From NCBI GenBank assembly GCA_001783215.1, contig MFRA01000002.1, forward strand, positions 1 to 59,182: a DNA stretch of 59,182 nt. Reading direction: 5' to 3'. The DNA is from Candidatus Magasanikbacteria bacterium RIFOXYD1_FULL_40_23 (GTDB lineage: Bacteria; Patescibacteriota; Patescibacteriia; Magasanikbacterales; GWA2-37-8). How positions within the stretch are numbered: the first letter of the stretch is position 1; every line of letters begins with the position of its first letter. Of this stretch, positions 38,230 through 47,127 are shown piece after piece. The notes under the pieces are model-generated. The model was not told the DNA's origin. It saw nothing but the letters and a program-made list of their open reading frames with translations, and made no database searches. The position numbers and the translations under genes are program-made.

Positions 38230-38349
38230 ATGAAGACCATTCTCCGGGTTCTGCTGGCCGCCCTGGCCATCTGGATGATCATCGACAAGTTCGGCCTGTA
38301 CGACTACAAGCCCATGCCGGCTGCCGGCGCCGACGTGATGCCATATTAG
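38230..38349 (+). CDS. Putative 39-aa single-TM peptide
   Basis: MKTILRVLLAALAIWMIIDKFGLYDYKPMPAAGADVMPY; GGGGGAGGG SD; promoter TTGACA-N17-TAAAAT at 38124-38152; terminator 38422-38451. Confidence 0.6.
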   Translation: MKTILRVLLAALAIWMIIDKFGLYDYKPMPAAGADVMPY

Positions 38350-38521
38350 GCATCTACCCCAACGATGTGACCGCTCGACACATCATTGGGCAACAACCCA
38401 CCCCCACCCATCGAGCCATACTAAAAAACCCCGACTTGATCGGAGTTTTTTTGTTTTTCTCTTTCGCAAGAGAAAAAGCATGTCTGAGTGAGCCGCAGCG
38501 AGCGAAGGCGATTCCTACCTA

Positions 38522-40090
38522 CTAAACATCATGACCAGAGTATGACAAATTAAAACTCTTGTTTATCAAAGGAAAATCTGGAACCACATTGCCTTTACCA
38601 GCATAACCTAATACAGCCCAATTGATAAATGATGGATCACGCACATCTACTCTGGTGATTTGCCCTTCATTATCGGTAACCACAAAATAAAAAACTTCAC
38701 CTCTCCAACCTTCGGCCGAACCTACACCATAAGAATTTTTTCTTAATTCTACTTTTCCTTCAAAAACTAATTTTCCACTTGTTGGCATGCTAGCTAAAGC
38801 CTGTTCAATAATACTAAAAGAAGCAAAAATTTCTTTAATGCGAACATACAGTCTAGATCGCACATCACCATTTTTCTCTAAAGCTATATTAAATTTAATT
38901 TTGTTATAAGCAGCATACGGATAATCAATTCTTGAATCACTAACTATTCCCAAAGCTCTGCCGGCCACACCCAACACCCCGTGATCTGTAGCTATTTGAT
39001 AATCAAGTTGACCAGTACCTTCCAAACGATTTAAAAGCGAAGCGCTATCTTCAGAAATATCTATAAACTCGCGGAAATCTTTTTGGATTTTTTGCAAATC
39101 TTGAAGAAGTGCTTTAGATGTATCTGCAGAAATATCTTTGGTCACTCCGCCAATAGTATTAACACCGCGCAAAAATCTGCTACCAGTTAGACGTTCGTGC
39201 CATTGCATAATCTGCTCACGAAGACGAGTACCGTTGGCACCACCAAAACTAAAACCAGTATCTAACATTACAAAACCAACATCATTAAAATGATTGGCCA
39301 ATCTTTCTAGTTCGGAAAATATAACTCTAAGATACTTGGCTCTTTCCGGCACTTCGAAACTAGACAAACTTTCTATAGCCTGGCAAAAAGCCAGTGAGTG
39401 AGTAAAAGAAGTATCACCGGAAACTCTTTCTGATAATTTTACTTTATCTTGTAGTGGCAGAATTTCGAATAGTTTTTCTGTACCTTTGTGAACATAGCCC
39501 AATTTTGGCTCCAACAAAACTATCTCTTCGCCTGCAACACTGAACCTGAAATGTCCTGGCTCAATAATACCAGCATGCACTGGACCTACAGGGATTTCAT
39601 AAATACCCTCCCCTTCCACTGTTTGGAATTGGTAGGTATTGTGCGCCTCTTCTGGTCTTTGTTGCCAATTAAAATCTTTGCGTAAAGGAAATAAATTTTC
39701 TGGCCAATTTTCGTGGAGTATTAACGGTTTATGATCTGGGTGACCAACTGGTTCCAAACCAAAAAAGGTTTTAATTTTTCTTTCGTGCCAAGCTGCCTGC
39801 TGAATTTGTTTGGTAATAGAAGGAAACTCTTCTGTGCCAGACAAAGTTATGTACGGCACCAAAAAAACACTACTCCCCGGAACTCCAAATACATATAGTA
39901 TTCTAAATCTGCCGTGTTCTTTTCTTTCGTCAACGGCCGTAATGGTTTTGAGTGGTAATTTTTGTTCAAAATACAAAGTAGTAGCTACTTTTAAAATATC
40001 ACTAGATGGCACTTCATATATCAAAACATTACCGTCAGTTTTAACTTGATAGTTTTTGGAGATATATTTTTCTACTATTTCTTGATACAT
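38522..40090 (-). CDS. Ehr/HyfG(HycE)-like large subunit (NuoC+NuoD fusion) lacking NiFe ligands
   Basis: GPVHAGIIEPGHFRF, GYVHKGTEK, ELERLANH, EGWRGE; RVSGDTS replaces RxCxxC; SFNLSY replaces DPCxxC. Confidence 0.92.
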   Translation of the reverse strand: MYQEIVEKYISKNYQVKTDGNVLIYEVPSSDILKVATTLYFEQKLPLKTITAVDERKEHGRFRILYVFGVPGSSVFLVPYITLSGTEEFPSITKQIQQAAWHERKIKTFFGLEPVGHPDHKPLILHENWPENLFPLRKDFNWQQRPEEAHNTYQFQTVEGEGIYEIPVGPVHAGIIEPGHFRFSVAGEEIVLLEPKLGYVHKGTEKLFEILPLQDKVKLSERVSGDTSFTHSLAFCQAIESLSSFEVPERAKYLRVIFSELERLANHFNDVGFVMLDTGFSFGGANGTRLREQIMQWHERLTGSRFLRGVNTIGGVTKDISADTSKALLQDLQKIQKDFREFIDISEDSASLLNRLEGTGQLDYQIATDHGVLGVAGRALGIVSDSRIDYPYAAYNKIKFNIALEKNGDVRSRLYVRIKEIFASFSIIEQALASMPTSGKLVFEGKVELRKNSYGVGSAEGWRGEVFYFVVTDNEGQITRVDVRDPSFINWAVLGYAGKGNVVPDFPLINKSFNLSYSGHDV

Positions 40091-40091
40091 A

Positions 40092-41537
40092 CTAATAAAC
40101 TAAAGTTGCAGATGATATTAAAAATTTAATGGCGCCAGGAAATACAAAACCGGAAATCAGTAAAGCTACTGCCAACAGCACGATGGGAGCAACTAACCAA
40201 ACACTACCTTCTCCAGCAGTAATTTCTGAATCAGCTTCTCCAAACATCATAGCAATTACATGTCGAAGAAAACCAATAAACACTAGCCCAATACCTAATA
40301 ATGCAGCCATGGTTACTATTGGGTGGCTACCGATACCGGCAGATAAAATAGAAAGTTCGGTGACAAAAATACCAAACGGTGGCACACCAGTTACAGCCAA
40401 AAATCCAAGGATAAAAATTGCACCAGTTACTGGCAAAGTAGACATTACACCTCTTACATTTTTCATTTTTGTTGAGCTGTACTTTAAGAATATATTACCG
40501 GCTGCCAAAAACAACATTGATTTGGCTAGAGCGTGATAAACCATATGAAGCAGAGCTGCAAAGGCGCCCACTCCCCCAAAACCAAAACCTAAAGCCATTA
40601 TGCCTGCATGCTCAATACTAGAGTAAGCCAATAAACGCTTATAGTTTTTCTGCGCAAAAATGCTAAAGGCCGCCACAACTATAGATATTAAACCGAAAAA
40701 TACAAGCAAATCTTGAGAAAAATCTTTACCTACAGCAGAGTCAATAACTAATTTGAATCTTAAAATCGCCAAAAAAGCTACGTTTAGAAGGGATCCAGAA
40801 AATAATGCAACTACAGGCACCGGTGTTTTGCTGTAAGCGTCTGGGCGCCAGGTGTGCATAGGCACAAAACCAACTTTCGTACCGTAACCAATTAAAACAA
40901 AAATAAATGCCATCTTGGCTATAAACGGATCTAAGTTTGGACCACTTGCAAGCAAGTTACTCCATGTTATAAGTTCAGTATGACCGCCGTTTAAAGCTGG
41001 ATACAAGAAAAGCAATGTACCAAAAAATGCGAATAATAAACCTAGGGAGTTTATAATAAGATATTTCCAAGCGGCTTCCATGGCTGATGGTTTATTGTAA
41101 AAACCGATCAAAAAAGCAGTAGAAAGAGTGGTAGCTTCAATACCAATCCACATCAAAATAGAACTGGTAGTGGTAATGGCAAAAAACATTGCCAAAATAA
41201 ATAAATGAAAAAGAATAAAGTATTGTTTTATTTTTTTAAAATCTATAATCCCTTTGGCCATTTCTGCCTTAAGGTAACCAACAGAATACAAAGCAATTGG
41301 AAAACCAGTGGCAGCCAAAGTAAGCAAGACAATTGATCCCAAATAATCAACGGAGAAATCATGACCCCAAGAATATGATCCACTTTTTAAAACAGCCAAA
41401 ACTATCAAAATGGCAAAAATTAATTCTAAAGCCGAAGCAATGATTGCAATAAAATTTAACAAGCTTGTTTTCTTTCTGATTAACAGCGACAAGCCTGATG
41501 CGACAAATGGTATTGCTAAAATTAAAAATATATACAT
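40092..41537 (-). CDS. HyfF-like proton-conducting antiporter subunit
   Basis: Polytopic; EATTL, EAAWKY, GYGTKVGFVPMHTWRPDAY, KRLLAYSSIEH. Confidence 0.92.
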   Translation of the reverse strand: MYIFLILAIPFVASGLSLLIRKKTSLLNFIAIIASALELIFAILIVLAVLKSGSYSWGHDFSVDYLGSIVLLTLAATGFPIALYSVGYLKAEMAKGIIDFKKIKQYFILFHLFILAMFFAITTTSSILMWIGIEATTLSTAFLIGFYNKPSAMEAAWKYLIINSLGLLFAFFGTLLFLYPALNGGHTELITWSNLLASGPNLDPFIAKMAFIFVLIGYGTKVGFVPMHTWRPDAYSKTPVPVVALFSGSLLNVAFLAILRFKLVIDSAVGKDFSQDLLVFFGLISIVVAAFSIFAQKNYKRLLAYSSIEHAGIMALGFGFGGVGAFAALLHMVYHALAKSMLFLAAGNIFLKYSSTKMKNVRGVMSTLPVTGAIFILGFLAVTGVPPFGIFVTELSILSAGIGSHPIVTMAALLGIGLVFIGFLRHVIAMMFGEADSEITAGEGSVWLVAPIVLLAVALLISGFVFPGAIKFLISSATLVY

Positions 41538-41541
41538 ATAT

Positions 41542-42201
41542 TTACTCTTCTTTTAAGTTCTTCATCATACTCACATCGAGTGAGCCGAATTGTTTATAAA
41601 TCATAGATGCAAATACTGTTGCGATTATCACCCAAACCAAGATATCAAATACTATACCTAGTTGCGGACCGGCGTTCTGTTCTAATCCGGATAAGAAAGC
41701 AAAGGAAACAATTGCATTTTCCAAAGACAATATACCAATCATCTGAGACAAAGCACCTTTACGATTGATTATTACAAATACAGATATAAGCATGGTAGAG
41801 AGTGCCAAAAGCAGAGCGTTGAAATTTTCTTGAGAAAGAATAGATAGCGGTTGAAAAAAGCTAGAGAAGGTAAAAGCTGTCAACATAGCCAAAATTACCA
41901 AGGTCATTGGCCCGTTTAAATAGGTGCTTACGCTAAATTTTAGTTGGTGCTTGTTTATAAGATTGCGGAAGAAATAAGGCGCAACTATAACTTTAACTGC
42001 AAAAACTGAAAGCGCTACCAACATTAAAGTAAAAGATGATTCTTTTAGAGAAGAGTTGAACAACAAAAATGCCACGACAAAAGACTGGGCCATGTAAAGA
42101 AAAACTGCAAAAGAATTTTTCTTGGCAATGTTAATAAAAATAACGGAAGCAAAAATTAAAGCTTCTAAAAAAAATAAGGTTTGTGGGCTCTCAATAAACA
42201 T
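41542..42201 (-). CDS. HyfE-like membrane subunit
   Basis: Polytopic; VKVIVAP, QMIGILSLENAI. Confidence 0.85.
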   Translation of the reverse strand: MFIESPQTLFFLEALIFASVIFINIAKKNSFAVFLYMAQSFVVAFLLFNSSLKESSFTLMLVALSVFAVKVIVAPYFFRNLINKHQLKFSVSTYLNGPMTLVILAMLTAFTFSSFFQPLSILSQENFNALLLALSTMLISVFVIINRKGALSQMIGILSLENAIVSFAFLSGLEQNAGPQLGIVFDILVWVIIATVFASMIYKQFGSLDVSMMKNLKEE

Positions 42202-42203
42202 AG

Positions 42204-43139
42204 TTAAATAAAAATAATCAAACTAATAGCAATTACGCTCAAAATAAATGAGGTAAACAATAAATCCGGTAATCTAAAAAATCTAAACTTTGCGATACTA
42301 GATTCCAAAACCGCTATTAATAAACTTAACAATAAAACCTTGATAACAAACCATCCCAAAGCTGCCAAAATTGGCATTAACCCTACAGTAGTAGCAATTC
42401 CCCAAGGGAAGAATAGATTAGCGCCTAAAGCCAAAAATATTAACAATTTATTAGCCGCTGCCCATTCTACCAAGGCCAATCTTTTGCCTGAGTACTCCAG
42501 AATCATCGCTTCGTGAATCATGGTAAGCTCCAAGTGTGTGGCTGGATTATCAAAAGGAAAGCGAGCAGTTTCGGCCAACATCGCAATCAAAAACCCTGCA
42601 AAAGCTAACATTATAGGCATCATAGCCACAAGCGGAAAGGCAGATACAGCTTCTGATATTTTGAAAAGGTTGGCTGAATCAACTGCAAAAACTAAAGCCA
42701 ACATAGAAAATATCAAACCACCTTCTGTTAAAGAAGCCACTGTCATTTCTCGGCTTGAACCAAAACCACCAAAAGCACTACCTGTATCCATACCGGCCAA
42801 AGCCAAAAAGAAGGTGCTTAAAGCTAAAAGATAAACTATAACAAGTAAATCACTCAGGCTATTATTAGCAAACACTGTAGCAAAAAGCGGAATACTAGCT
42901 CCTACAATGACAGTAACTGCAAAGATAATGTATGGCGCAAATCTAAAAACCCAAGAGGCATCCTCGCTTATTACTTCATCTTTATGAAGCAATTTCCACA
43001 AATCGTTGTATGGCTGGAATATGCTAGCCCCTACTCTATTTTGAAACCTAGCCTTTATCTTGCGAATTACACCAACAAACAAAGGTGATAAGGCAGGTAC
43101 GAGTGCTAATTGAATTGTCCAAATAATTATTGAAGTCAT
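42204..43139 (-). CDS. HyfC/HycD (NuoH-like) membrane subunit
   Basis: RKIKARFQNRVG..QPY.DL.KL, GSSRE, RFPFD..THLELTMIHEAMILEYSG. Confidence 0.93.
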   Translation of the reverse strand: MTSIIIWTIQLALVPALSPLFVGVIRKIKARFQNRVGASIFQPYNDLWKLLHKDEVISEDASWVFRFAPYIIFAVTVIVGASIPLFATVFANNSLSDLLVIVYLLALSTFFLALAGMDTGSAFGGFGSSREMTVASLTEGGLIFSMLALVFAVDSANLFKISEAVSAFPLVAMMPIMLAFAGFLIAMLAETARFPFDNPATHLELTMIHEAMILEYSGKRLALVEWAAANKLLIFLALGANLFFPWGIATTVGLMPILAALGWFVIKVLLLSLLIAVLESSIAKFRFFRLPDLLFTSFILSVIAISLIIFI

Positions 43140-43147
43140 ATTAAGTT

Positions 43148-45193
43148 CTAAAAAGCCAAAAGTATCAATAAGGCAAATAAAGTTAAAAATATATACAAGA
43201 CATAAACATTCAAATTACCCAATTGAATTTTTCTAACATGCGCAGCCAAACGTGCTACTAAGGCCTGCAACGGTTTATACAGATTATTTAAATAAATATC
43301 TTCTATTCCCAAATGCACTGCACTGCTTTTGGCAAAGTAACGCATATCAGCATCGTGGTACTCCACGTCGGTTTGTTTGGTTGGTTTGAGCAAACCACGG
43401 AAAACAGTAATTATAGATCTAGAAAATCCAGTGGCAGTTATTTCCATTCTTCCATTTAAATTTGTACCACAATCCCAAGTGCGTTCAATCTTAATTTTTG
43501 CCTGTCTGTTTATAATTTTCAAAACAATCCATGCCAGCACAAGCGCAGCTACTATACTAAATAAAATAGTGGGCATAGACACTGTGGCAAACCCATCTTT
43601 TAAACTAAAGGCACCCGCAGCAGATGAAAACACAGGCTCGGCAAATCCCAAAGCTCTTACACTGCTGGCTACTGTTGCTAGTACAGAAGTAATATAACTA
43701 GCGAAGAACCCAATAACTAAAGTGAGTGCCGCTAAGATTGCCATAGCAATTCTAAGGGTGACGGCAGACTCTTTGGCATGCTTTGCCTCTTCACTTCTAG
43801 GTCTGGCCAAAAATATTGCGCCAAATGCTTTGACAAAACAAGCCGCTGCCAAACCACCTGTAAATGCCAACGAACCTGCACCTAACAAAAATACCCACTG
43901 TACGGAAACGCTTAAAGATTTGATACCATAAAAAAGAGATTGGAATGTTGCCCATTCACTAAAAAATCCATTAAAAGGCGGAAGAGCCGAAATCGCCATC
44001 GCGCCAACCAAAAAGAAGAAGGCGGTTTGTGGCATATGTTTTATTAAACCACCATATTCTTCCATATTTCTGGTATGAGTCTGAGAAATTACTGAACCAG
44101 CACCCATAAACAATAGGGCTTTAAAGGTTGCGTGGTTTAAAGTATGGAAAAGCGAAGCTACTAGCCCTAACACAGCTAATGATTTCATATCTGATGCCCA
44201 GAATACAAGCGAACTTCCCAATCCTAATAAAATAATACCGATATTTTCTATACTGTGATAAGCCAAGAGTCTTTTGATATCGTGTTCAGTAAGAGCATAA
44301 AGCACACCCAACAAAGAAGAGACTGATCCTATAACTAGAACTACTACCCCCCACCAAACTGGGATACCAGTCATCATATCCATAAAAATTCTGATAAACA
44401 TGTAGATACCGGTCTTGATCATAACTCCAGACATTAGCGCAGAAACATGAGTTGGGGCAGCGCTGTGAGCGCGAGGCAACCAAATATGAACTGGAATAAT
44501 ACCGGCTTTGGTACCGAAACCAATAAGCGCCAAAACAAAAACAAGGTTTTTTACCAAAAGAGAAACCTCTCCCATACTGTTTTTAATCACAGTAAAATCA
44601 AAGGATCCTGTAGACCTATATAGAAGCAAAAAGGCCATGATAATAAAAGCAGTACCTATATGAGTCATGATAAAATATAAGTAACCGGCTCGTAGATTAC
44701 TCTTTTCTTTGTTTTCAAATATAACCAAAAAGAATGATGCCAAAGACATTGTTTCCCAAACTACCAGGAAGAAAATGGCGTTGTGCGCACTGACAACCAT
44801 TAGCATGCCGGCCAAAAAAAGATTGTAGAAAAATCCAAGCGCACCGATATTGTATTTGTTATAGAAGTGTTTTACATATCCCAGACTATATATAGATGCA
44901 ACTAGAGCAATGAGGGATATTACAAAAATAAAAAAAGCGGATAATCTATCCACCCTAAACGAAACTGACAAAAGCGGAGCAAGCAAATCGAAGTTAAAAG
45001 AAAATACAGAGTTCTTTATAAGTACGGATAAAGAAGATACTAGACCTGAGATCGAACCAGATACTGCAAAAACGCTTCCTGCAACATTGGCCCACTTGTC
45101 GCTTTTGGCTAAAACCAGAGATCCTACAGCCCCGATTCCAAATAGCAATAAAGATATAAAAAATATAGTTGATGAAGAGATGGTAGTAAGCAT
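43148..45193 (-). CDS. HyfB-like proton-conducting antiporter subunit
   Basis: WETMSL, GFGTKAG..P.HIWLPRAH, KRLLAYHSIENIG, LPPFNGFFSEW, WDCG. Confidence 0.93.
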   Translation of the reverse strand: MLTTISSSTIFFISLLLFGIGAVGSLVLAKSDKWANVAGSVFAVSGSISGLVSSLSVLIKNSVFSFNFDLLAPLLSVSFRVDRLSAFFIFVISLIALVASIYSLGYVKHFYNKYNIGALGFFYNLFLAGMLMVVSAHNAIFFLVVWETMSLASFFLVIFENKEKSNLRAGYLYFIMTHIGTAFIIMAFLLLYRSTGSFDFTVIKNSMGEVSLLVKNLVFVLALIGFGTKAGIIPVHIWLPRAHSAAPTHVSALMSGVMIKTGIYMFIRIFMDMMTGIPVWWGVVVLVIGSVSSLLGVLYALTEHDIKRLLAYHSIENIGIILLGLGSSLVFWASDMKSLAVLGLVASLFHTLNHATFKALLFMGAGSVISQTHTRNMEEYGGLIKHMPQTAFFFLVGAMAISALPPFNGFFSEWATFQSLFYGIKSLSVSVQWVFLLGAGSLAFTGGLAAACFVKAFGAIFLARPRSEEAKHAKESAVTLRIAMAILAALTLVIGFFASYITSVLATVASSVRALGFAEPVFSSAAGAFSLKDGFATVSMPTILFSIVAALVLAWIVLKIINRQAKIKIERTWDCGTNLNGRMEITATGFSRSIITVFRGLLKPTKQTDVEYHDADMRYFAKSSAVHLGIEDIYLNNLYKPLQALVARLAAHVRKIQLGNLNVYVLYIFLTLFALLILLAF

Positions 45194-45197
45194 ATGA

Positions 45198-45734
45198 TTA
45201 GCGGTTTGTTTTATTGCTAGACTCTACTCCTTCCAAAATTTTAAGCAAGTTACAAAGAATAGTTTTGGGTGATGGCGGATCGCCAGGAATTTGGAAATCA
45301 ACTGGAATTACTTTGTCTACTCCATCTAAAACCGCATAAGATCCTTTAAATATTCCACCACTGATTGCATCGTCTCCTACGGCCACTACAATTTTTGGAT
45401 CAGGAGTGGCTTTGTAAGTACGAATAAGAGCCTCTTTCATGTTTCTAGACACTGGTCCGGTTACCATTAGCATGTCGGCATGACGAGGAGAAGCTACAAA
45501 ATGAATACCGAATCGCTCTACATCATAGTAGGCATTGGTGAGAGCGGTAAGCTCTTGTTCACATGCATTGGTAGAGCCGGCATCTACTTCTCTGATGGCT
45601 AGGGATCCATTAAATAATTTTTTAATTTTTGTTTCTAGCTGTTTTCCTATTACTTCAACACTCTCGTAGCCTAGAAGGTTCGTATCAATAACTGTTTTAG
45701 GGGTACAAAAAATTTTTTTATAAAACTTAAACAT
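45198..45734 (-). CDS. HyfI/HycG (NuoB-like) small subunit with degenerate Fe-S ligands
   Basis: DAGSTNACE, YDVERFG, SPRHAD, VGDDA, IPGDPP; likely start MFKF at 45734. Confidence 0.9.
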   Translation of the reverse strand: MFKFYKKIFCTPKTVIDTNLLGYESVEVIGKQLETKIKKLFNGSLAIREVDAGSTNACEQELTALTNAYYDVERFGIHFVASPRHADMLMVTGPVSRNMKEALIRTYKATPDPKIVVAVGDDAISGGIFKGSYAVLDGVDKVIPVDFQIPGDPPSPKTILCNLLKILEGVESSNKTNR

Positions 45735-45835
45735 ATTTTGAAATTTGAACAGATAAGGAACCATAGTACCTCGAACACCTATCTAAGGTGTGCGAGGCGC
45801 TATGGCAAGTAAAGAACTAATATGGTGCAGTCTAA

Positions 45836-46426
45836 TCAGGCTGCGCGACGGACGATGCCCGGGTGCTTGACCAGAATATCCGGTCGGAACTTCTGACACC
45901 AGGTCTCGAACTCGTTGGCCTTGAGATGCCGTGGATGGCAAGGATCGGTCTCCTGCTCTTTGACGTCGAAGATGATCGCCGCGTCAATCCCCATGGTGTT
46001 GAGCCATCGCTTGGCCACAACGAGTAGGGCCACATTGTGAATCAGGTCAATCCCGAACTTCTGGCCGCCCAGACACGGGTAGTGACCAATGAGAGTGGCG
46101 TGACGACAGCCATTGACTGTGGCCGTTTCCACGTTCAGATTCACCATTCCGCGATGATCGCACGTCTCGTGGATTGGTGACGAAGGCGCCACAACCAGTG
46201 GACCACCCGCACAAATAACCGGGAAAAGAGCCGGGAGGGCTCGCTCCTGCTTCTGCGCAGCATTTTTGTTGATAACATCCAACCACTGAGATACATAACG
46301 CTCGTCAAAACAAGAGAATACCAGTGCCTTTGAGGCCAATGGAAGGGTTTCAGGGTTAATTTCCCGAAGGACCCCAGCTTCTTCCCAGCTACCCACAAGT
46401 TGCTTTTCTTCGTTGCTGGTGAACAT
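45836..46426 (-). CDS. Beta-carbonic-anhydrase-like protein
   Basis: CFDER (CxDxR), AGG and HYPC (HxxC) zinc-site pattern; GAGGAGG SD; promoter TTGACC-N18-TATAAT at 46589-46560. Confidence 0.65.
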   Translation of the reverse strand: MFTSNEEKQLVGSWEEAGVLREINPETLPLASKALVFSCFDERYVSQWLDVINKNAAQKQERALPALFPVICAGGPLVVAPSSPIHETCDHRGMVNLNVETATVNGCRHATLIGHYPCLGGQKFGIDLIHNVALLVVAKRWLNTMGIDAAIIFDVKEQETDPCHPRHLKANEFETWCQKFRPDILVKHPGIVRRAA

Positions 46427-46650
46427 GAAGTCCTCCTCTCCCTATCTTTGATAGGGTTGACATTGGTTGGAAAAACTATTGAAGATGAGTAACGAATTGA
46501 CAGGCTTAATAGGCTGTCTTTCAACTCTTTACTCACCCCCAATAATAAGACCAGCCAATATTATATACCCATTTTTGTTTCCTGGTCAACCCCCTTTAAA
46601 ATTTAAAAAGTGGGTAAATTTTTAGAACAAATTAAGCTTAAAAAAAATAT

Positions 46651-46724
46651 TTGATTCAACAGAATTGACTTAACAGAATCATGTTGCGTAACGTCCATTG
46701 AAACGCGACCATTAAAATGCGGCG
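46651..46724. repeat. Dispersed repeat family A, copy 3
   Basis: ttgattcaacagaa-ttgacttaacagaa-tcatgttgcgt...acgcgac. Confidence 0.78.
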
Positions 46725-46989
46725 CTTCTTAAACGAAATTTTAAAATTAAAATAAAATAATTTAAAAAAAATTACCATACTTACATGAGAATAAAATTTA
46801 TTTTACTACCCTGTGCATAACTTTTGCTTTTACTATTCCCAATTTAAAAAAAACATTCTATAATAAATATGTCGAGATAAATTTTTACAGCAATGCTTGT
46901 CTTGTAAAAATTTCTTCAGTAGGTTTTTTCTTTCCTCGCGAGTAGAAAAAACTTATTACAAATTTAAAAAACGAGAGGAGGTGCACAAT

Positions 46990-47058
46990 ATGGCAAAAGC
47001 TAAAAAAGCAAAAAAGAAGGTAGCTAAAAAGAAATCTAAAGCTAAGAAAGCTAGATAG
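46990..47058 (+). CDS. 22-aa Lys/Ala-rich basic peptide (not in ORF track)
   Basis: MAKAKKAKKKVAKKKSKAKKAR; GAGGAGGT SD; terminator directly after the stop. Confidence 0.75.
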   Translation: MAKAKKAKKKVAKKKSKAKKAR

Positions 47059-47063
47059 TCTTC

Positions 47064-47093
47064 AAAAAATCTCTCCGCAAGGAGAGATTTTTG
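47064..47093. terminator. Bidirectional intrinsic terminator
   Basis: aaaaatctctcc-gcaa-ggagagattttt. Confidence 0.85.
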
Positions 47094-47127
47094 TTTACAA
47101 ATAAAGTCTATTTTAAAACAACCTGCT

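Noticed and set aside
36437-38500. Prophage or integrative island at tRNA-Arg
   Set aside because: No integrase or phage genes; the tRNA-end duplicate is only ~200 nt away and degenerate
38522-45734. Functional group 4 NiFe hydrogenase / formate hydrogenlyase
   Set aside because: Both NiFe-binding CxxC motifs are absent and no maturation genes are in the cluster
7576-46724. CRISPR array
   Set aside because: Repeats are dispersed singletons with no regular repeat-spacer period and no cas genes
46812-46820. Replication origin (DnaA-box-like tgtgcataa in an AT-rich gap)
   Set aside because: Single mismatched box, no cluster and no dnaA/dnaN context
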